A stretch of DNA of 64,000 bases from Mobula hypostoma (lineage: Eukaryota): positions 115,570,001 to 115,634,000 of the forward strand of contig NC_086097.1 of NCBI RefSeq assembly GCF_963921235.1, read 5' to 3'. Each line of letters starts with the position of its first letter. Within the stretch, counting starts at the first letter, position 1. This document shows, piece by piece, positions 38,108 through 50,962 of this stretch. A program made the position numbers and the translations under genes. The notes under the pieces are model-generated. The model was not told where the DNA came from. It ran no database searches and saw nothing but the letters and a program-made list of their open reading frames with translations.

Positions 38108-40305
38108 CAGTGGTCCCCAACCACCGGGCCACAAACCATGTGCTACCAGGCAGCAAGGAAATGATATGATTTTGGCGATATGAAACAATATGAGTCAGCT
38201 GCACCTTTCCTCATTCCCTGTCACGCCCACTGTTGAACTTGAACGCACACGCGGTGATTACACACACGAGGTTATTACCCACGCGAGGTCATCATTTGGT
38301 CATTAACCTACATCTACACGATGAGTAAAACACAAATGTCGCTTGAGAGTTTCTTTGGAAGAGGTGGTAGGGGTAATAAAAGGCCTAACTATGATGATAA
38401 CACAGAGAGAGCCGAGACTGTAAAAAAAAAGAAAGCTTCCTTCAACAGAAAATACGACGAGTCGTACATAAAATATGGCTTTATTGCGACCGGTGACTCA
38501 CCCGCTCCAAGCCCCCTGTGTGTGATATGTGGAGACAAACTGTCTAACGAGGCAATGAAGCCCTCAAAACTGCTTTGGCACCTTGAGTCCAAGCACCCTG
38601 CACTTAAAGACAAAACCTGTTGAGTTTTTTGAGCGGAAAAAACGTGAGCAAGCGGGACAGAAGCCAGTGCTGAGAGCCACCACTTCCACAAATGCTGCTG
38701 CTCTGAGAGCATCGTACTTAGTGGCTAGCCGTATTGCTAAGGCTAAGAAGCCTTTCACCATTGCTGAAGAATTGATTCTGCCTGCTGCCAAGAACATGTG
38801 CCGTGAACTGTTGGGAGAAGCTGCAGCTAACAAGATTGCACAGGTTTCACTTTCAGCTACCACAGTTTCAAGGAGAATCGATGACATAGCGGAGGACATC
38901 GAAGCACAGCTGTTGGAATGGCTTAACAAGTCTGGTTTCACTACCCGAGTCAAAGAGGTTGCTCCTGATTGCCAATCTGCACACTGTGTCATACACAGGG
39001 AAATGCCAGCTAGCCGAAAAATGTCACCTGATCTTAACAGCGCATTGAGTGACGTTGTTGAAGTTATCAATCACATCAAAGCAAAAGCCCTTAACTCACA
39101 TCTGTTTGAGCAGCTTTGCGAGGAAATAGATGCAGAGCACAAATGCCTTCTCTTACACACTGAGGTCAGGTGGCTATCAAGGGGGAGAGCCCTGGCCAGG
39201 GCTTTTGAGTTAAGAGAGCAGCTACAGAGATTTCTTTCAGGAAAAAAGGCACCACTGGCAGCACACTTCAGTGATGAGGAGTGGATAGCAAAACTCGCTT
39301 ATCTGTGTGACATCTTCAACCTGCTCAATGAATTCAGTTTGTCACTTCAGGGGAGAATGACAACTGTCTTCAAGTTGGCAGATAAAGTGTCTGCATTCAA
39401 AGCCAAACTGGAACTGTGGGTACGGTGAGTGGACAGGGACATATTTGACATGTTCCCAACAATAGCTGGGAATCTGGGAGACACTGAGGCTCACAGTTGG
39501 TGTGCGAACACTTATCTTCGCTGTCAACAGAATTCGAGCATTACTTCCCAATTGCAAGTGACCCAGGACATGCACAGGAATGGGTCCGTGACCCATTTGT
39601 GAATATCCCCAGTGAATCATCCATGTCAGCGCAGGAAGAAGATCAAATCCTCAAACTTGCAAATGATGGTGGGCTGAAAAGTACGTTTGACATAACATCT
39701 CTGCCGGCATTCTGGATCAAAGTCAAGGCTGAATATCCTGAGATAGCCATGAAAGCACTGGAAATGTTGCTTCCATTTCCAACATCATATCTCTGCGAAG
39801 CAGGGTTTTCTGCAATGAATGCAATGAAAACTAAATTGCGGAATAGACTGGACATAAGGAACCCCCTTCGAGTATCACTGTCTCCCATCACACCTTGATG
39901 GGACTGTCTTGTTGCAGGGAAACAAGTTCAGGGCCCCCACTGATTCAGCGAATTTGGTGTGTTGCAATGATCTTATTTGTTCATATGGGGAAAATATGCG
40001 CTGTGTGTTTAATATCCAAACGTTACTTAAAATGTTATGATGCTATTGACTTATAAGTGACTTATAATTGACTTATCACTATATTCATGCGAGGAAAATA
40101 TGCGCTGTTTTTAATATTAAATTCATTAGATAATCCCTTTTAGAAACAAAATTGAGTGTATTAGCCACTTATAAGTGAATTAGAGCTGAATCATCACCTA
40201 TATTCCGGTGGTGATTAACACCCCACCCACACCCTGTCGGCCGGTCCGCAAGAATATTGTCAATATTTAACCGGTCCGCGGTGCAAAAAAGATTGGGGAC
40301 CCCTG
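38108..40305 (+). mobile_element. Buster/Charlie hAT DNA transposon, internally deleted (transposase pseudogene 38321-39940)
   Basis: TIRs CAGTGGTCCCCAACC...GATTGGGGACCCCTG; degenerate 8-bp TSD CCAAAATG/TCGAAATG; BED finger PLCVICG...HLESKH, HCVIHRE, VRWLSRG, PFPTSYLCEAGFS. Confidence 0.93.
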
Positions 40306-40734
40306 TCGAAATGCATCATCTCACATTTATCTGCATTGAAATCCAGGTGCAACTCCTCAACCCACTTCTCTAACTGATCAAAATCCCACTGTAATCTGTA
40401 ACCACCTTCTTCACTATAAACACACCTCCTAATTTTGTAATTTCATATCATTCACAAACATTTCTGATCAAGCCTTGAATACTCACATCTAGAAAACTCA
40501 TTCGCATTCACTTCTGATTTACTACTGCTTGGTATACTGGAAGTTAATATTATACCTTAGAATTTTTTCCCCCAATAACTTCTCCACTTTTCATTACTAC
40601 CATTAGGGAGGAGGTACACAGCTTGAAAATACCTACACTCAATGTTTTAGGAACAGCTTCTTCCCCTTCGTCATCAGATTTATGAAACAACTATGAACAC
40701 TACATCACTTTTTGCTCCCTTTATGCACTATTTA

Positions 40735-41053
40735 TGCCCATGTGGGCACATGGCCAAGTGGTTAAGGCATTCAACTAGCGACCTGAAGCTCATGAGTTCG
40801 AGCCCCAGCCGAGGCAGCATGTTATGTCCTTGAGCAAGGCACTTAACCACACAGTGCTCTGCGACGACACTGCTGCCAAGCTGTATCGACACTTGCCCTT
40901 CTCTTTTGGACAACATCGGTGTCATGGAGAGGGGAGACTTGCAGAATGGGCAACTGCCAGTCTTCCATACAACCTTGCCCAGTCCTATGCCCTGGAGAGC
41001 GAAGACCTTCCAGGCGCAGATCCATGATCTTGCAAGACTAACGGATGCCTTTA
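40735..41053 (+). mobile_element. tRNA-derived SINE, same family as 35086-35399
   Basis: A box TGGCCAAGTGG, B box GAGTTCGAGCC; candidate TSD ATGCACTATTTA (40723-40734) / ATGCATTATTTA (41054-41065). Confidence 0.88.
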
Positions 41054-41267
41054 ATGCATTATTTAGCCTGGGAGGTATCTTTTGCCCCGGGTGGAACGTC
41101 TAATACCAGATGACATGCTTTGAAGGTGAGAGGGGGTAGGTTCAAAGGGTATGTGAAGATAGTGGTGGATGCCTGGGATGCTCTACCATGGTGGTAGAGG
41201 CAAGTACATTAGAAGCTTTTAAGAGACGTTTAGATAGGCACATGAATATGAGGAAGATAGAGGGAGA

Positions 41268-44200
41268 TAAAACCATAAAACATATGAGCAGAAATAGACC
41301 ATTTCTCCCCTCCTCAAACCCATTTCCTGGCCTTCTCCCCATAACCTTTAATGCCGTGCCTAATCAAGAACTTATCAAGCTCTACCTTAAATACATCCAA
41401 CAACCTTGCCTCCACAGCTGCCTGTGGAAATAAATTCCACAAATTCAACAAACACTCCTCCATCTTGAGGCTGTGTCCTCTTGTCCTAGACTCTCCCACT
41501 GCTGGAAAAATCCTTTCCACATCTACTCTGTCTAGACCTTTTAACATTTGAGTACAGTCCCAGAGCAATCAAACGTTCCTCGTATGATAACCCTTTTATT
41601 CCAGAAACCATCCTTGTGAACCTCCTCTGGACCCTCTCCAATGCCAGCACATCTTTTCTCAGATGAGGAGCTCAAAACTGTTCACAATACTCATGCGGCC
41701 TCACTAGTGCCTTATAAAGCCTTATCATCACATCCTAGAATTTGTAATCAAGACCTCTTGAAATGAATGATAATAATGTGTTTGCCTTCCTCACCACTGA
41801 CTCAGCCTGCAAGTTAACCTTAGAGGTTCTTCACAAGGGACTCCCAAGTCCCTTTGCATCTGAGATTTTTGGATTTTATCACTATTTAGAAAATAGTCTG
41901 CACATTTTTTCCTCTACCTGTGTACATGACCATGCATTTTCCAGCACTGACACTTTCTTGCCCATTCTCTTAATTTGTCTAAGTCCTTCTGCAACCTACC
42001 TGTTTCCTCAACACTACCTGCCCCTCCACCAATCTTCATATTAACTGCAAACTTGGCAACAAAGCCATCTAGTCTGTGATCTAAATGATTGATTTACAGC
42101 ATAAAAACAAGCGGCCCCAATGCTGACCCCTGCAGAACACCACTAGAAACTGGCAGCCAACCTGAAAAGGATCCTTTTATTCCCACTCACTGCCTCCTAC
42201 CAATCAGCCAATGCTCTAACCACGCCAGTATCTTTCTTGTAACACCATGAGCTCTTAACTTGGTAAGCAGCCTCATGTGTGGCACCTTGTCAAAGGCCTT
42301 CTGAAAGTCCAAATGTACACTGCATCCCTTTTTATCTATCCTACTTGTAATCTCCTTAAAGAATTCCAACAGGTATATCAGGCAAGATTTTTCCCTTAAA
42401 GAAATCACGCTGACTTTGTTCTATCTTGTGCTATGTCACTAAGTACTCCATAACCTCATCCTTAACAATTGAGCAACCACTGAGGTCAGGCTAATTGGTT
42501 TATTATTTCCTTTCTGCTGCCTTCCTCCTTTCTTAAAGAATGGAGTGACATTTGCAATTTTCCAGTCCTCTGGCACCATGCCAGAGACCAATGATTTTTA
42601 AAAGATCATTATTAATGCCTCCACAATCTCTAAAGCTGCTTCTTTCAGAACACTAGGGTGCAGTTCATCTGGTCCAAGTGACTAATGACTTAGGTCTTTC
42701 AGCTTTTTGAGCACCTCCTCTCTTGTAACAGTAACTGCACCCACTTTTCTTCCTTCACACACTACAACATCAGTCATACTGCTGGTTTCTTCCACGAAGA
42801 CTGATGCAAACTACTCATTTAGTTCATCTGCCATCTCCTTGATGCCTGTTATTATTTCTCCTGCCTCATTTTCGAGCAGTCCTATATCCACTCTCATCTC
42901 TTATTTTTTACATACTTGAAAAAGTTTCTACTAACCACTTGGATATTACTTGCTAGCTTGCTTTCATATTTCAACCTTTCCCTTCTAATAATTCTTTTAG
43001 TTGCTCTCTGTAGGTTTTTAAAAACTTCCCGATCCTCTATCTTCCCACTATTTTTTGCTTTGTTGTATGCCCTCTGTTGTTTTTGCATTAGTTTTGACTT
43101 CCCTTGTCAGCCACGGTTGTACTATTTTGTCATTTGAGTATTTCTTCACTTTTGGAGTATACATGTCCTGCACCTTCCTCATTTTTTCCCAGAAACACAT
43201 GCAATTCCTGCTCTGCTGACATCCCTGCCAACAGCTCCTTCCAGTTTACTTTGGCTAACTCCTCTCTCATACTACTCTAATTCCCTTAATCAACTGAATA
43301 CTGCTATGTCAGACTTCACTTTCTCCCTATCAAATTTCAAGTTGAACCTTACTAACTGGCTCCTAAGGGCTCTTCCACCTTAAACTCTCTAATCGCTTCC
43401 AGTTCATTACATCACACTAATCCAGTGTAGCCGATCCCCTTATAGGCTCAATGACAAACTATTCTAAAAATTCATCTTGTAGGCATTTAACAAACTCACT
43501 CTGTTGAGATCCATTACCAACCTGATTTTCCCCAGTCGACCTGCACGTTAAAATCTCCCATGACTCCACAACATTGCTCTTTTGACGTGCCTTTTATATT
43601 TCCTGCTGTAATTGGTCATCCACATCCCAGCTGCTGTTGAGAGGCCTGTATATAACTGCCATCAGGGTCCTTTTACTCTTGTGGTTTCTTAACTCAACCC
43701 AGAAGAATTCAAAATCTTCAGGACCTACATCATATCTTTCTACTTATTTGATGCCATTCTTTACCAGCAGAGCCACACCACCCCCACTGTCTACCTTCCT
43801 ATCCCTCCGATACAATGTGTAACCTTGGACATTGAGCTTCCAACTACAACGATCCTTCAGCCATGATTCAGTGATGGCCACATCATACCTGAGAATCTGT
43901 AATAGTGCAACAAGATCATCCACCTTATTTCTTATACTTCGTGCTTCTGAGATATAACACTTTGAGTACTGTATTTGCTACTCTTTTTTGTTTTGCATCC
44001 TCAATGCATTGATACTCACCCTGCTGGTTGCAATTTTGTCCTATCATTTACCTGCCATTCCTGACAGTCTGACTGCATGCTACCTTTGTTCTTTTTTAAC
44101 CACCAGTCCTATCCTGAGTCCCATCATTAACTTCCAGCCAAATTTGTTTAAACCCTCCCCAACAGCTCTAACAAACCTGCCCATGAGAATATTGGTTCCC

Positions 44201-45600
44201 CTCAAGTTCAGGTGCAACCTGTCCCTTTTGAACAGATCATACCTTCCCCCAGAAGAGATCCCAATGATCCAAGAACTTGAAGCCCTGCCCTCTGCACCAG
44301 CTTCTCAGCCATGCATTTATCTGCCAAATCTTCCTGGTTCTACCTTCACTAGCAAGTGCACAGGTAGCAATGCACAATTACTATCCTGGAGGTCCTCCTT
44401 TTCAGCTTTCTACCTCATTCTCTAAATTCTATCTTCAGGATCTCTTTGCTTTTCCTCCCCATGTCATTGGTACCAATATGTACCAAGACATCTGTCTGCT
44501 CTCTCTCCCTCTCTAAAATGCTGTGGACGCTATCCGAGATGTCCCTGACCCTGGCACCTGGGAAGCAACATACTATCTGGGTGTCCTGTTCACGTCCACA
44601 GAATCTCCTGTCTGTTCCCCTAACTATTGAGTCTCCTATCACTACTGTTTCCCTCTTCTCCCTCTTTACCTTCTGCACCACAAACCAATGCTCAGTGCCA
44701 GTAACCTCGTCTCCATGGCATTCCCCTGGGAGGTCATTCCCCACAAAAGTATTCAAAACGTATACTTATTTTTGACGGGAATGGCCACAGGGGTACTCTG
44801 CGTTCACTGCCTATTTCTGTTTCTCCTGACAGTCACCCAACTACTTGCCTCCTGCAACTTTGGGGTGATTACTTTCCAGTAGCTCTGATCGATGTTTTCC
44901 TCACTCTCTCATTGTAGCTGATCATCCAGCTGGTGCCGTAGTGGCATCAGCACTGGACTGCAGAGGTTCCCAAGTTCAAATCCAGCTGGTTCCCCCAGCA
45001 CGCTTTCCATCTGTGTGGGGTTAAGAGCTGGTGATCTCTTAAAAAAAAATTACCTGGCAGAAGGCAATGGCAAACCACTGCTGTAACTTGCCTCGTATGT
45101 GAATTCCAATTACGTCAGAACGGTGTGGGAGGAAGTCGTCTGCTACCTGGAAAAATTCCGGATGTGACCTAGATTATTATTAATCATCCAGCTGCTGCTC
45201 CAGATGCCCCTAACAAGGAGATGCAACAGGTTGAGCTTCACACAGGTATACAGTAGTTCCCTGGGAGACTCTGGTCTCCCACGACTCCAAAATCCAGCAT
45301 GAAGAACTTAAAAACGGCCATTTACTACACCAAGTACAGAAAGGAAAAGGAAAAGGGAAATCTCAATAGAAACTAACCCATAGTCAATGCCTCTTCTGAG
45401 CCGAAGCCTCCTTTGACCCAAAGCCTGACACTCTTACTCTCACCACTAGCCTACTCTCAACAATGGCCGCCCCGCTTGCCGCTTCTGTACTTTTATTTAA
45501 TTCGCTGTGCTCTGCTCCCAACGCTGATTAGGCCTCCAGAATGCCCGAACACCCGAGAAGCTCTCCTTTCAAACAAGCGTCACCGACATGTGAGAATCCC
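41268..45600 (-). mobile_element. Near full-length degenerate CR1 LINE including ORF1 SGNH-type esterase and probable 5' UTR
   Basis: ORF 44415-44756 VVIGDSIVRG...CFPGARV...VHIGTND (GDSL/SGNH blocks); [15 protein letters not shown] at 42187-42408; 3' tail 'aaaccataaaacat'. 5' boundary approximate. Confidence 0.9.
44933..45182 (+). mobile_element. tRNA-derived SINE with an RTE-type segment
   Basis: 12-bp TSD ATCATCCAGCTG at 44921-44932 and 45183-45194; B box AGTTCAAATCC; (ATT)n tail; 'gaaggcaatggcaaaccact' motif. Confidence 0.8.
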
Positions 45601-46548
45601 AACGCTGTGCAGTGCTTTCGCCACTGATTGGGCCTCTGGTCTATGGACATTTTGTGTGTAGGAGGGATTGGTTACGGGGAGGGGTGTTAATTTACTTTTC
45701 GGCTGGTTCGGCACAACTTTGTGCACCAAATGGCCTGATTCTGTACTATATTGTTCTACGTTCTACCCACCGGGCTCCAACTGCCCCAGACACTGCCTGC
45801 ACCCTTGAATAGCTCCCCTACCTCCTTATACGGAGCTCTCCGATAACATGGAATTACTGTATAGCGATGGCATCATGACTGCCAGCGGCAGAGGCAACAG
45901 CCGCTCCCACAAGTGGGTCGGGGCTCAGAACAGGTGCAAGCTTCAGAACCACAGGACTCATGACAGGCGGGGAGGAGCAAGATGCCTTTGCGGGGTCACG
46001 GGATGGTCCCACCAGCGGAACTTGATCCAAGACAAAGGATCCGCTATCTCCTCAGTTGAGGGGTTGTGGTTAGCATCCCTGTAACATGCTGGGAGATGTG
46101 GGTCTATTAAACCCTGGACCGCGACTAAGGTACGAAGCATGACAAATGAAGCCCCTCAACCCGCTGCGGAAACCACTGGCTGGTCCAGACCTGTCAAATT
46201 TTTAACCCTTGGCCGGGAAACACACAGGCATTGTTGAAGATAGCGTTTGGAACCTTGTGGCAGGGGGTGAGGAGCAGATCTCGGAGGAGTCCAAAGGGCC
46301 GCGAGGGGATTGGGCCCTATGGCAGGAGGATGGTGGGAATGGGGATATGGGTGTGGAAAGAGCCGAATGGCTAAAAATTACAAAGGATGCCAGTCTTGCG
46401 GGAGCTGGACAACATAGGGACTCTGGAGAAGTCTTTGGGTGCCAATAGAATAAAGGGGGAGATTATTACCGATTTTATTGCGATATTTAAAGATACCTGG
46501 GAATCTAGTCCAGGGATACCCCGGTAGAGAATAACCCACGGGCCGTAC

Positions 46549-47673
46549 TGTCACAATGGGGTGTGGGGAACAGACCCAAATGCAAGACACAGGCACTGAA
46601 GTACAAGGAACAGGACCTGATTAGAGTAGGGATGTGACAGGGTACAGACAAAGAGCAGGGACAAGAACGCAGACCTGGGCTAGGAAAAGCGGGACCAGGA
46701 CTAGAAACCATGGACTAGGAGGCAAGGTTTCGATTCCAAGCCCGAAACTGGACAAGGATTCAGAACCTGGGTCTTGCCTTGGGCTCAGACCCCAGAACCA
46801 GGCAAGGACATGACGTGGCTGCAGGCTGGGGTCTTAGTTCTTGGAGCTTGGCTGCGGGATCCTCGAGGCTTGGGTTCTTGGAGCTTGGCTGCGGGATCCT
46901 CGAGGCTTGGGTTCTTGGAGCTGAGAGACGGACTGGGAACTGAACATCAACATAGAGCCGGGACTTATCCTTCGACATCCTCATCTTTAACACGACACTG
47001 ACATGAGACAGGACAGAACATAGACAAAGAGCCAGGACTTATCCTAAGAGAAGCCAGGACTCAACTTCATCTCCACACCAAGGTGGGACAGGTCTCTCTA
47101 TCAGGTAACAGCAGAACAGCCAGACTTACCCAACAGAGACAAGGACAAGACAAGACAGGACTCCCCACAGGGCAACGGCAAAACAGCCTGGCTTACCACA
47201 CAGAGGCAAGGACAAGAAGAGACAAACACCAAAGAACAACAGACAGTTCCCTCGCTGCTCTGGGGTAGCTCCAAGTCTCAGTTCAGCCAGCAACCTCAGC
47301 TGGCTACAGAAACAGCCGGATCCCTACCTAGCTCAGAGTGGCTGACAGCCACTCAGCTGGCCTAGGAAACGGCCGAATCCATACCACAAAGACTACTCCA
47401 ACAAGTGGCAACAAGGCTCCATGAAGCAGTGGGCCTCCAACCAGGTCTAGAGATCACAAATGGTTTCACTAGCCTTCCATTAGCAGGTTGCTCCAAGGGG
47501 GATTGACAAGACAAACCAGCAGCCCACACTCTACCCCAAGGCTACTTATATTCCAAGCCCCTAGATGAGAATCAGGTGCCTATGATTAACTCACCCAGTC
47601 GAGGGACAGCTGGAAGACCCGAAGTCCTGAGTCCACGGACCAGACCGTGAACTTCACAGACCGGACCATGACA
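46549..47673 (-). mobile_element. 1125-bp solo LTR inserted in the ERV gag
   Basis: TGTCA...TGACA termini; 5-bp TSD CGTAC at 46544-46548 and 47674-47678; TATAAG on minus near 47545. Confidence 0.87.
46837..46922. repeat. 37-bp tandem repeat (2.3 copies) within the solo LTR
   Basis: GTTCTTGGAGCTTGGCTGCGGGATCCTCGAGGCTTGG twice, identical, plus a partial third copy. Confidence 0.92.
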
Positions 47674-50600
47674 CGTACAGACCTTCCTGTACTGTCTTCG
47701 GCCAAAGACAGCACACTCCTTTAAATTGAACAATTTAGAATAGCAGAATTTAGAATGGCCTTTACCTATAACGGACAGCAGTACACATGGTCAAGGTAAC
47801 CTCAGGGCTGTGCAGAAAGCTCTGTGGTATACGTAGCTGCTGTCCGCGATGATTTGGCAGATTTACCACTGCCTGGAGGCAGCATGTTGTTGCAGTATGC
47901 AGATGATTTGCTGTTGGCTCCGCAAAGTTGACTAACTGTAGAAAGGACTCCGTAACTTTATTAAATCACTGGAGGCCACAGAGCATCCCTGTCAATATTG
48001 CAGTTCTGCCCGATCTACAGTGACATCCCCGGGGTATGCACTGCACCAAGGGACCCGCCAGCTGGGGCCAGAGCGCATAACAGGTACTGTACAGGTTCCC
48101 AGGCCGGCTAACAAGAAACAGATGATGGCCTTTTTGGGCATGATGAACTATTGCAGACATTTGGTCCCTGGATATCGGCACCATGATGCTGCTATGCGAG
48201 ACGCCATAACTCAAGCAGACCCAGACACCATATCTTGGACAGAGGAGATGGAGCAAGCTTATGGGGCATTGAACGATGCCTTGATACAGGTGCCCACCCT
48301 GGGCCTGCCAGGCTCTGGTAAGCCATTCCAGCCGTCGGTGAACGAAAAGGAGAGCTTTGCCAGTGCGGTGCTGAAGGAGAACATGAAGAAGACTTGAGGC
48401 GTACTATTCCACGCTGCTGTCCCCCGTCGTTAGAGGAATGCCAGGATATTTGATGGCAGTGGCAACTTCAACAGTGATGGTTGAAGAGGCTGCACCATTA
48501 GTATCAGACTACGCTTGTTCTGTGCTGACACCGTATGCTGCTTCTCAACTCGGCAGCTACACAACACTTGACCACAGCACGCCGAACGGGGTATGAAGTC
48601 AGGCTGCCCAGCAAATCGAATTTAACTTTCAAAAGAACACCGGCCCTCAACTCGGCTACGCTGATCCCGATGGTGGAATCCTCCGAAGCTCATGACTGCA
48701 TAAAAATGGTTGAAACTGTAACATCACCCCGACCCAACTTACCTACTGTGCCCCTTGACAACCCGGAATTGATACTCCATCCGGACGGCTCCTCTTGTAA
48801 GCCAAATGACCACACAATACGGGCAGGACTGCTATGCAGTGGTGACTCCTTTTGAGATATTAGAAGTGGGGGCCCTCCCCCAAGGAATGTCCGCTCAGGC
48901 AGCTAAACCCTTTGCCCTGACGTAAAGCTGTATTCTGGCAGAGGGATACACAGTAAATATTTGTACGGACTCTAGACAAGTTTTTGGAGTGGTGCATGAT
49001 TTTGGGTCACTCTGGCAATGCAGATTGTTTATTACGCCTTCGCGGAAGCCAGTACAACACTCGCACCTTATTAAGAATTTATTGCAAGCAGTGCAGTTAC
49101 CAAAACAAATTGCTCTCACTAAGTGCGAAGCTCACACTAATGCTCTAGACCCCATAGCACAGGGTAGTGACACCGCTGATACAGCGGCTAAGAAGGCCGC
49201 CACTGATGAAAAAGCGATGCATCTGCTCATGCAAGTGCAATGCACTCCAACAGCTCCTACTCCTGCTTTGCAGGATCTGATGCCGCCCAAGAAGGGACCC
49301 CAGAAAAGGAGAAGAAGGTACAGAGGGATAAACAAGCCTTCAGGGACTCTGGCGACATCCGGACAATTGCCCTGTGTGGCCCAGGAATCGCCTTGTTCGG
49401 TCAGTGCATGGGAAAGGTCATGTAGGAAGGGGGGTGGGGATGGCACATCAGATACAACTAAAATAGTTTGCACCAGGGCTGACAGTAATTGCAGGGCACA
49501 TTGTGCGAAGCTGTGAAATCTGCCCACGGAATAATAGAGGAAAATCACCTGCTAAATGTAATCATTTGCCACCCGCGGAGGTGCAATTTGCCAATCTGCA
49601 GTCAGACTTTGTTCACTTGCCTGCCAGCAGGGGTCCAAATACCACTTAGTAATAGTCGATATGTTCTCCAAGTGGGTGAAAGCCTTTCCCACTAGAAAGG
49701 ATGATATTCAAACTTTGAATGAGAAGATTAATCCCAGATTTAGGTTGCCATACAAATTTAATAGCAAACGATGGATTCATTTTACAGGTAAACTAATCAA
49801 AGAATTGGACCAAGCATTAGGCTTCATTTGGGAGTATCATCTTCCGTATCAGCTCCAGTCCTCGCGATTAGTGGAAAGAATGAAAGGAGTATTAAAAGAA
49901 ACATTGGCTAAAGCATGTCAGGAATCTGGATTGAAGTGGCCGGGGGCCCTTCCTATGACTTTACGTACTCGAAAAAATCAAGTAATTGGACAACTAAATT
50001 AACCTGATTGGAAGTATTAATGAGATGACCAATGCCGGCCGGATCCCGACCTTCTTTAACAAGTGCTCAAACCTCTCCGGTCTAGACCGATGAGAAAACT
50101 ACTGAAATTGCTGAATTTTTGGGTGAAGCCATAAGATTGAATCAGGAGCGAATGTCAGCTGCATCACCTCAGCCAGGGGAAGGGAATACTCTTCCTTTTA
50201 AACCAGGAGACTATATGTATGAGAAAACGCTTATGAAAGATTCTCTTTCTCCCGGGTGGAAGAGCCGCTTTCATGTGATTCTGGTGGCAAGGACTGCGGC
50301 AAAGGAAGAAGGAAAGCCGGACTGGATTCACAGGTCGTGGTGCAAGCTCGGACACGGTGAAGAACAGGCCGGTGATCCAAAAGGAAAAGTAAACGTTGTT
50401 ATATTATTGCTTGGACTTTTGTAGGCACAGGCCAACAAATATACAAATAAAGCCCCGTTTCATATACCGTTTTATCTCTCGGTTATGAATTTGCTTCTGC
50501 TTGCTGGATATGCATTCGCATTCCTCGCTACAGCAAGGGCGTATTCCTTTCGGACCTGTTCTCAAGGAGGCGCAGTGGCCGAATGGGTCCGCTGACAGAA

Positions 50601-50962
50601 CGGGACCACTTACGAGAGGGAAGGGGATAACTGGGAAGATCAGGGTTATATCGTAGATATGACAGAACATAAGAAAGAATGGACACAGGAAGGATATAGT
50701 GTGGAGACCTTTAATGGGTACCATCAACTAAGTACAATGTGACCCATTTCCCCCCTCGTTCCTAGTATTGAGCGGTTCCCCGGTGGGTGAATTGTGTGTA
50801 AAGCGTAGCCATCTCATGGGGTCAGGGAAGCCCAGGTCTGTTGATATTAGCCACTGTCTACAAACCCTTGACTTCAGCGACCGACTTGGAAGTAACTTCT
50901 TATTCTTTAGGAGAAAGACCGCGAACAGTGCACCCGAGGGAGGTGCTGCCCATCAAAATCAA

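Larger units (their letters stand above)
30280..40500 (-). mobile_element. Old CR1 fragment hosting the Gmr1 and hAT insertions (pieces 30280-30704, 37831-38107, 40306-40500)
   Basis: ORF 30374-30622 (NFFTQRVVSIWNALPE) and 37821-38054 (RPHLKYCAQIWSP) join across the TSDs. Confidence 0.8.

Noticed and set aside
31166..39940. SCAN-like Gag + integrase + Buster transposase on one strand, reminiscent of the SCAND3/ZBED9 fusion gene
   Set aside because: Each part has its own TSD and is riddled with stops; this is nesting, with no evidence of splicing or a fused ORF.
46837..46922. 37-bp repeats as a CRISPR-like array
   Set aside because: Units are directly adjacent with no spacers, lie in a eukaryotic LTR, and there are no cas genes.
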